Source: Anaeromyxobacteraceae bacterium (lineage in GTDB: Bacteria > Myxococcota > Myxococcia > Myxococcales > Anaeromyxobacteraceae). Taken from it: 64,000 nt of DNA. Location of the stretch: positions 1,696,001-1,760,000 of the forward strand of contig JASGHJ010000001.1 in NCBI GenBank assembly GCA_047602405.1. The letters run 5' to 3'. Both the position numbers and the translations under genes were made by a program. Of the stretch, positions 58,656 through 64,000 are shown in pieces. Below the pieces are notes generated by a model that ran no database searches, was not told where the DNA came from, and was given only the letters and a program-made list of their open reading frames with translations. The first letter of the stretch is position 1; every line of letters starts with the position of its first letter.

Positions 58656-59267
58656 ATGGACAGGAAGACCATCGCGGGCCTCGCCGTCTTCGCGGTCATC
58701 GCCGCCATCATCGCCGAGCGCGCCTGGGTGGCGACCGCCGGCCAGGCCGCCGATCGCGCGCTGGCGCACGAGGCCGCGTTCGCGTGGGACCGCGCGAACG
58801 TCCCAGCGCCCGACTTCTCGCTCACCGGCCTCGACGGCAAGCCCGTGCGCCTCGCCGACCTCAAGGGTCAGGTCGTGTTCGTGAACTTCTGGGCGACCTG
58901 GTGCCCGCCCTGCCGCGACGAGATGCCGGGCATGGTGAAGCTCGGCCAGGCGCTCGCCGCGAAGTACCCGGGCAAGTTCAAGATGGTCGCGCTCTCCGTC
59001 GACGACGGGCCGAACCCGGTCCACGAGTTCTTCGCGGCGCCTCCCTACGGCGGGATCGCCGCGACCGGCCTCACCATCGCGATGGACGCCGACCAGGCCG
59101 TCTCGAAGGCGTACTACTGCAAGGGCCGCGGCGAGTGCCAGGAGCTCAAGTTCCCGGAGACGTACATCGTCGACAAGACCGGGAAGCTCGTCGGCTACAT
59201 GGTCGGGCCCCGGGACTGGTCCAATCCGGCGGCCCGGGAGATCCTCGAGAAGATCATCAATTCGTGA
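58656..59267 (+). CDS. TlpA-family thiol-disulfide oxidoreductase
   Basis: APDFSL, VNFWATWCPPCRDEMP, FPETYIVD. Confidence 0.92.
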   Translation: MDRKTIAGLAVFAVIAAIIAERAWVATAGQAADRALAHEAAFAWDRANVPAPDFSLTGLDGKPVRLADLKGQVVFVNFWATWCPPCRDEMPGMVKLGQALAAKYPGKFKMVALSVDDGPNPVHEFFAAPPYGGIAATGLTIAMDADQAVSKAYYCKGRGECQELKFPETYIVDKTGKLVGYMVGPRDWSNPAAREILEKIINS

Positions 59268-59346
59268 CGCGGTGCGGCGGGAGCCGGCGTTCCTGCTGAA
59301 AAATCCGTCACTCGGGGGGCGATCCCGGCCGTTTTAAGGGATTTCA

Positions 59347-59376
59347 TTGAAGGCCGCGCGGGGCGCACGCTATAAA
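59347..59376 (+). promoter_or_regulatory. Sigma70-type promoter
   Basis: TTGAAG-18-TATAAA in an AT-rich intergenic patch. Confidence 0.55.
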
Positions 59377-59443
59377 GGCCCCGTAATCTTTCCGGAATCC
59401 CGGATTGAGCCCTGCGAGCGCACGGCGTCCGGCCGGAGGTCGA

Positions 59444-60430
59444 TTGGCCTCGAGTGGTCCCACCATCCCGGTCGTCGTCATGGGCCTCGGCCATGTGGGC
59501 CGCGCCGTGGCGCGGGCCGCCGCCGCCCGGGCCGGACTCGACCTCGTCGGCGCGGTCGATCGCGACCCGGCGAAGGCCGGACGGCCACTCCCCGAGGTGC
59601 TCGACGCCCCGGCGCCGGAGGTGAAGGTCGTCGCGGAGCTCGCCCAGGCCCTCGGCCGCCGGAAGGGCGGCGTCGTCCTCCACGCGACCGGCAGCCGGCT
59701 CGAGGACGTCCTCCCGGAGCTCGAGGCGGCGGTGCGCGCCGGGTGGCACGTGGTCTCGACCTGCGAGGAGCTCGCGTTCCCGGAGCTGGACCACGCCGAC
59801 GCGGCGCGCTCGCTCGACCGGCTCTGCGAGCGGCAGGGCGTCGCGGTCGTCGGCACCGGGGTCAACCCCGGCTTCGTGCTCGACCGGCTGCCGGCGCTCC
59901 TCGCCCAGGTCGTCGGCGAGGTCCGCCACGTCCACGCCCGCCGCGTCGTCGACGTCTCGACCCGCCGCGAGGCGCTGCGGAGGAAGGTCGGCGTCGGCCT
60001 CTCGGTGGAGGCGTTCGACGCCGCCGCCGAGGAGGGTGCGCTCGGCCACGTCGGGCTCGCGCAGTCCGCGGCGCTCGTCGCGGAGTCGTGCCTCGGGCTC
60101 ACCGAGTACGAGGTGGACGAGGAGCTCGAGCCGGTCGTCGCGGACGAGGACGCGGCCGGCGTGAAGGACGGGCAGGTCGCCGGGGTCCACCAGACGGCGC
60201 GGGTCTTCGCGGAGGACCGCGAGGTGATCCGGCTCGAGGTGACGCTCGCGGTGGGCGCGGACGATCCGCACGACGAGGTCGTGCTCGACGCCGACCCGCC
60301 GGTCCGGCTGCGCATCGAGGGCGGGCTCCCCGGCGACGCCGCCACCGCCCACGCCGTCGTCAACGCGGTGCCCGCCGTGGTGGAGCGGCAGGGCCTGCTC
60401 ACGGTGCTCGACCTCCCCGCGGGGAGGTGA
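59444..60430 (+). CDS. 2,4-diaminopentanoate dehydrogenase/amine dehydrogenase-like protein (DapB_N Rossmann fold)
   Basis: GGAGG RBS then TTG; GLGHVG, VVSTCEEL, GTGVNPGF, GDAATA..VNAVP. Confidence 0.8.
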   Translation: MASSGPTIPVVVMGLGHVGRAVARAAAARAGLDLVGAVDRDPAKAGRPLPEVLDAPAPEVKVVAELAQALGRRKGGVVLHATGSRLEDVLPELEAAVRAGWHVVSTCEELAFPELDHADAARSLDRLCERQGVAVVGTGVNPGFVLDRLPALLAQVVGEVRHVHARRVVDVSTRREALRRKVGVGLSVEAFDAAAEEGALGHVGLAQSAALVAESCLGLTEYEVDEELEPVVADEDAAGVKDGQVAGVHQTARVFAEDREVIRLEVTLAVGADDPHDEVVLDADPPVRLRIEGGLPGDAATAHAVVNAVPAVVERQGLLTVLDLPAGR

Positions 60431-60440
60431 ACGGAGAGCC

Positions 60441-60878
60441 ATGCTCGACAAATCCCTCATCGGCCGGGAGAGCGAGCCCGTCGTCCACGAGGTCGAGCGG
60501 AGCGCCATCCGCCGCTTCGTCGAGGCGCTCGGCGACCCGAACCCGATCTACGTCGAGGACGCCGCCGCCCGCTCCGCGGGCCACCCGGGCGTCGTCGCGC
60601 CGCCCACCTTCCCGGTCGTGCTCACCGCGAACGAGAAGTTCCGGCACTCGCTCGACCTCGGGACCCGCTCGGTGCTGCACGGCGAGCAGCAGTTCGAGTA
60701 CCTGCGCCCGCTCGTCGCGGGCGAGCGCATCACGGTCGTCTCGCGGGTCGCGGACGTGCAGGAGCGTCCGGGCGCGAGCGGGCCGATGGACGTCATCGTG
60801 ATCGAGGACGAGGGGAAGGACGACAAGGGCGCGTGGGTGTTCCGCTCGCGCGCGACGTTCATCCTCCGCCGCGCATAG
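60441..60878 (+). CDS. MaoC-like dehydratase, HadA/FAS1_N type
   Basis: IRRFVEALGDPNPIY, APPTF, LHGEQQFEY.RP. Confidence 0.88.
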   Translation: MLDKSLIGRESEPVVHEVERSAIRRFVEALGDPNPIYVEDAAARSAGHPGVVAPPTFPVVLTANEKFRHSLDLGTRSVLHGEQQFEYLRPLVAGERITVVSRVADVQERPGASGPMDVIVIEDEGKDDKGAWVFRSRATFILRRA

Positions 60879-60886
60879 GGAGCGCC

Positions 60887-61774
60887 ATGCTCACCGCACG
60901 CCAGCTCTACTTCGAGGCGGTCAAGGTCGGAGACGAGCTCCCGCCGCTCGTGAAGCCGCCGGTGGACCGCCTCCAGATCGCCCGCTGGGTCGGGGCGGCC
61001 GGCGACTTCAACCCGCTCTTCATCGACGAGCCCCACGCGAAGCAGTCCGGGTTCCCGTCGGTGCTCGTGCCCTGGATGATCGCGATGGGCTTCGTCGCGG
61101 AGCTCGGGAACGAGTGGGTCCGCGGCGCGCGGCTGAGGAAGTTCAGCGCCCGCTTCGTGAAGATCGTCTGGCCGGGCGACGTGCTCACCGCCCGCGGCCG
61201 CGTCTCCGAGCGCCGGTTCGAGGACGGCGGGAAGTACGCCATCGACCTCGAGCTCTGGGCCGAGAACCAGCGCGGCGAGCTCGTCGTGCGCGGCGTCGCG
61301 ACCTGGCAGCTCTTCTACTCGGCCGAGGACGAGGCGAAGCAGCGCGCCGGCCAGCCGCCGCTCGTGGTGACGCGCGAGGAGGAGGAGGCCCGCCTCGCGA
61401 AGCTCTCGCGCGCGCAGCCGCAGCGCCCCGCCGCGCCGCAGAGCCGGCCGCTCCAGCCGCCGCGCCCGGTCGCCGCGGCCGCGCCGGCGCAGCAGCGCCA
61501 GCCCGGCCCCTCGCCCGCGGCGATCGCCGCGCTCGCCGGCCGGGGCCCCGCGCCCATCGTCCGGCCCGCGAACGCGAAGCCGCCGCCGCCGCAGGTGGCG
61601 CGCAAGCCCGAACCCCGGAAGAAGCCGGGCGCGAAGAAGCCGGCGCCGAAGCGCTCCGCCGGGAAGGCCAAGGTCGCGCGCCCCCGCCCGGCCAAGCGCG
61701 CCGAGAAGAAGGACCGCGCCCGCGCGCGGGCCCGGCCGCCCGCGAAGAAGCCGTCCGGGAAGAAGCGCCGGTAG
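60887..61774 (+). CDS. MaoC-like dehydratase (HadB type) with long Pro/Lys/Arg-rich tail
   Basis: VGDELP, AGDFNPLF, VWPGD; tail ends KKPSGKKRR. Confidence 0.82.
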   Translation: MLTARQLYFEAVKVGDELPPLVKPPVDRLQIARWVGAAGDFNPLFIDEPHAKQSGFPSVLVPWMIAMGFVAELGNEWVRGARLRKFSARFVKIVWPGDVLTARGRVSERRFEDGGKYAIDLELWAENQRGELVVRGVATWQLFYSAEDEAKQRAGQPPLVVTREEEEARLAKLSRAQPQRPAAPQSRPLQPPRPVAAAAPAQQRQPGPSPAAIAALAGRGPAPIVRPANAKPPPPQVARKPEPRKKPGAKKPAPKRSAGKAKVARPRPAKRAEKKDRARARARPPAKKPSGKKRR

Positions 61775-61780
61775 CTCCCG

Positions 61781-62652
61781 GTGTCCCGCCTCGCTCCACT
61801 CCTCCTCGTCCCGCTCGCCCTCGGGGCCTGCCGCCGCGTCTCCGACGCCGCCCCGCCGGCGCCGGCCGCGGACGCCGCGCGGCAGGGCGCCGAGCGGTAC
61901 GCGGCCGCGCTCACGGAGGGCGACCAGGCGTGGTCCCGGCGCGGCGACGCGGCCGGGCTCGACGCGGCGCTCGCGGCGTACGGACGCGCCGCGGCCCAGC
62001 GCCCCGGGGCCGCCGAGGTCGAGCTCCGGCTGGCCCGCGCCGAGGCCTTCCGCGCGCTCGCGGCCCAGGCTCCCGCCGCCGCGCGCGAGGGCTGGGACGC
62101 GTCGGCCCGCGCCGCCGAGCGGGCGCTCCGCTCGCTGGCGCCGGGCTGGGCCGCCGCGATCGACGCCGGCGAGGATCCGGCCGCGGCCGCCGCGCGGGTC
62201 GACGCGGCGGGCGCCGAGGCTCTGTACCTGCTGGCGCAGGGTGCGATGCGCGCCGCGCAGGCGACCGGCTACGCCGCGGTGCTCGCCGTGAAGGACGCCG
62301 CGCTCGCGATGATGGCGCGCGCCGCCGAGCTCGACGAGCGGGTCGACGCCGCCGGGCCGCACCGCGCGCTCGGCGCGTGGCGCGCGGCCCTGCCGGTGGC
62401 CGCCGGGGGCGGCGCCGAGGGCTCGAAGGCGCACTTCGAGCGGGCGCGCGCGCTCGCGCCGGACGACCTCCTCTGGCGCGTCGCCGAGGCGGAGACCTAC
62501 GCGGTGCTCGTGCAGGACGCCGCGCTCTTCGACCGCCTGCTCGCGGAGGTGGCGCAGGCCGACCGGGCGCGCGACGGCGCGCGCGGGCCGGAGAACGTGA
62601 TCGCGAGGAAGCGCGGGGAGGCGCTCGCCGCCCGGAAGGCGAGGCTTTCTGA
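61781..62652 (+). CDS. TatT-like (TRAP-T associated) TPR lipoprotein; not in the ORF track because a missing base near 62646 removes the stop
   Basis: VSRLAPLLLVPLALGAC lipobox; AGPHRALG, GG..SKAHFERA, YAVLVQD..LF..LL..V, PENVIA; expected end RLF* needs one extra base. Confidence 0.75.
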
Positions 62653-63467
62653 GCCCCCGGCTGCGCCGCGCCGCCCTCGCCGCCGCCGTCGCGCTGGCCG
62701 CGGCCGGCTGCCCGCGGCGCGCGCCGCCACCCGACCTCGCGCTCGAGCCCGCGCCGCTCCTCGAGCAGGTGCGCGCCGCGCAGGCGAAGGTGCGGAGCGT
62801 GCAGGGCGAGGCCCGCGTGTCGGTCGACGCGCAGGGGCAGTCCGGCACCGTCGGGCAGTTCCTCGCGGCCGAGCGGCCCGACCGCCTGCACGTCGAGACG
62901 CTCGACTTCTTCGGCAACGTCGCCGCGGTGCTCGTCGCCGCCGACGGCCGCTTCGCGCTCCTCGATCAGCGCGAGAAGGTCTTCTACCGGGGCCGCGCCA
63001 CGCCGGAGAACCTCTCCCGGCTCGTCCCGCTGCCGCTCACCGCGGAGGAGCTCGTCGCGGTGCTCTGCGGGGGGGCGCCGCTCGCCGGGGCGCCGGTCGC
63101 GGCGGCGCCCGGGCGCGGCACCGTCCGGCTCGACCTCGCCGGCCCGGAGGGCGAGGCGACGCTGCACGTCGGCGAGGGCGCCGCGGTCGAGCGCGCCGAG
63201 CTCAGGCCCACGGGGCGGCCGGCGTGGTCGGTGAAGGGCGACGTCTACCGGCAGCGCGCGGGGGCCCGGCTCCCCACCGACCTCGAGCTCTGCGCGACCT
63301 CACCGAAAGTCAAGCTGGGCCTGCACTGGAAGGACCTCGAGGTGAACGGGGAGCTCGACCCGGCGCTCTTCCGGCTCGAGCCTCCCCCGGGTGCGCGGGT
63401 CGTCGAGCTGGACGGGTCCGCGCCGCCGTCACCCGGCCCGGCGACGCGCCGCGCCGACCCGGGGTAG
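62649..63467 (+). CDS. LolB/DUF4292-like lipoprotein
   Basis: Frame opens LSPRLRRAALAAAVALAAAGC (lipobox), upstream of the track's 62769 start; RPDRLHVETLDFFG, LFRLEPPPG. Confidence 0.7.
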   Translation: MSPRLRRAALAAAVALAAAGCPRRAPPPDLALEPAPLLEQVRAAQAKVRSVQGEARVSVDAQGQSGTVGQFLAAERPDRLHVETLDFFGNVAAVLVAADGRFALLDQREKVFYRGRATPENLSRLVPLPLTAEELVAVLCGGAPLAGAPVAAAPGRGTVRLDLAGPEGEATLHVGEGAAVERAELRPTGRPAWSVKGDVYRQRAGARLPTDLELCATSPKVKLGLHWKDLEVNGELDPALFRLEPPPGARVVELDGSAPPSPGPATRRADPG

Positions 63468-63593
63468 AACCGATTCCGGCCGGTTGCGCGCCTCCCCGGA
63501 ATGCGGCCAGGGGGTCGCCCGTTCGTGGGTCGTCCCCTCGCGTCCGCGCGCCGCGGGGTTACACTCTCTTCCTCGCAGGCCCCGGAGAACCCT

Positions 63594-64000
63594 TTGGATC
63601 AGACCCTCAGCCAGGCCCTCCAGCAGAGCCCGTCCTTCTGGATCATCGCGGCCTGCTCGGTGATCGCGCTCGCCGTCGCGCTCGAGCGGGCGATCGCCCT
63701 GTGGGGCTTCGCCGGCAAGGCCCGCGCGCTCGCCGAGTCGGTCTCCGACGCGCTCCGGCGAGGGGACCTCCCCGAGGGCCGCGCCCGCTGCGAGCGCTCG
63801 ACCTCTCCCGCGGCCGACGTGCTCCTCGCCGCGATCGCCGCCTCCGAGAAGGCGCAGCGCGCGAACCAGCCGGTCGACGCCGCGCGGGTCGTCGCCGCGG
63901 TCGAGCGCGAGCGGGCCCAGGCGGCCCTGAAGCTCCGCCGCAACCTCTGGATCCTCGGCACCGTCGGCGCCACCGCGCCGTTCGTCGGCCTCTTCGGCAC
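63594..64000 (+). CDS. MotA/TolQ/ExbB proton channel protein (3'-truncated)
   Basis: GGAG RBS then TTG; SVIALAVALER, LGTVGATAPFVGLFGT. Confidence 0.88.
   Translation, partial: MDQTLSQALQQSPSFWIIAACSVIALAVALERAIALWGFAGKARALAESVSDALRRGDLPEGRARCERSTSPAADVLLAAIAASEKAQRANQPVDAARVVAAVERERAQAALKLRRNLWILGTVGATAPFVGLFG

Overview
Very GC-rich bacterial chromosomal window whose gene content and codon style resemble Anaeromyxobacter-like Myxococcota (inference). 1-23.1 kb is a beta-1,3-glucan (laminarin/curdlan-type) utilisation locus in two convergent arms. The + arm encodes a repeat-module secreted glycan-binding protein, a ROK repressor, a GH16 and an Opp-family ABC transporter. The - arm encodes the second ABC ATPase, a GH149 glucan phosphorylase, a GH1 and a clan GH-A hydrolase fused to a predicted outer-membrane beta-barrel. 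An unrelated redox cassette lies between the arms, and two matching promoter/operator units are visible on the - arm. The rest holds an AttEFGH-like ABC/lipocalin module carrying in-frame palindromic repeat insertions, an orphan signal-peptide-bearing tandem phage-tail-tube protein, glgB, an ECF sigma module with back-to-back promoters, a triple DsbA, tusA plus a thiouridylase, ppdK, a MoaD/beta-propeller pair, peptidases and a MaoC/TatT/ExbB cluster. Five single-base frameshifts look like assembly errors; one internally deleted gene looks like a true pseudogene. No rRNA, tRNA, CRISPR array or transposase was recognised. Family assignments come from motif recognition only; no database search was run.
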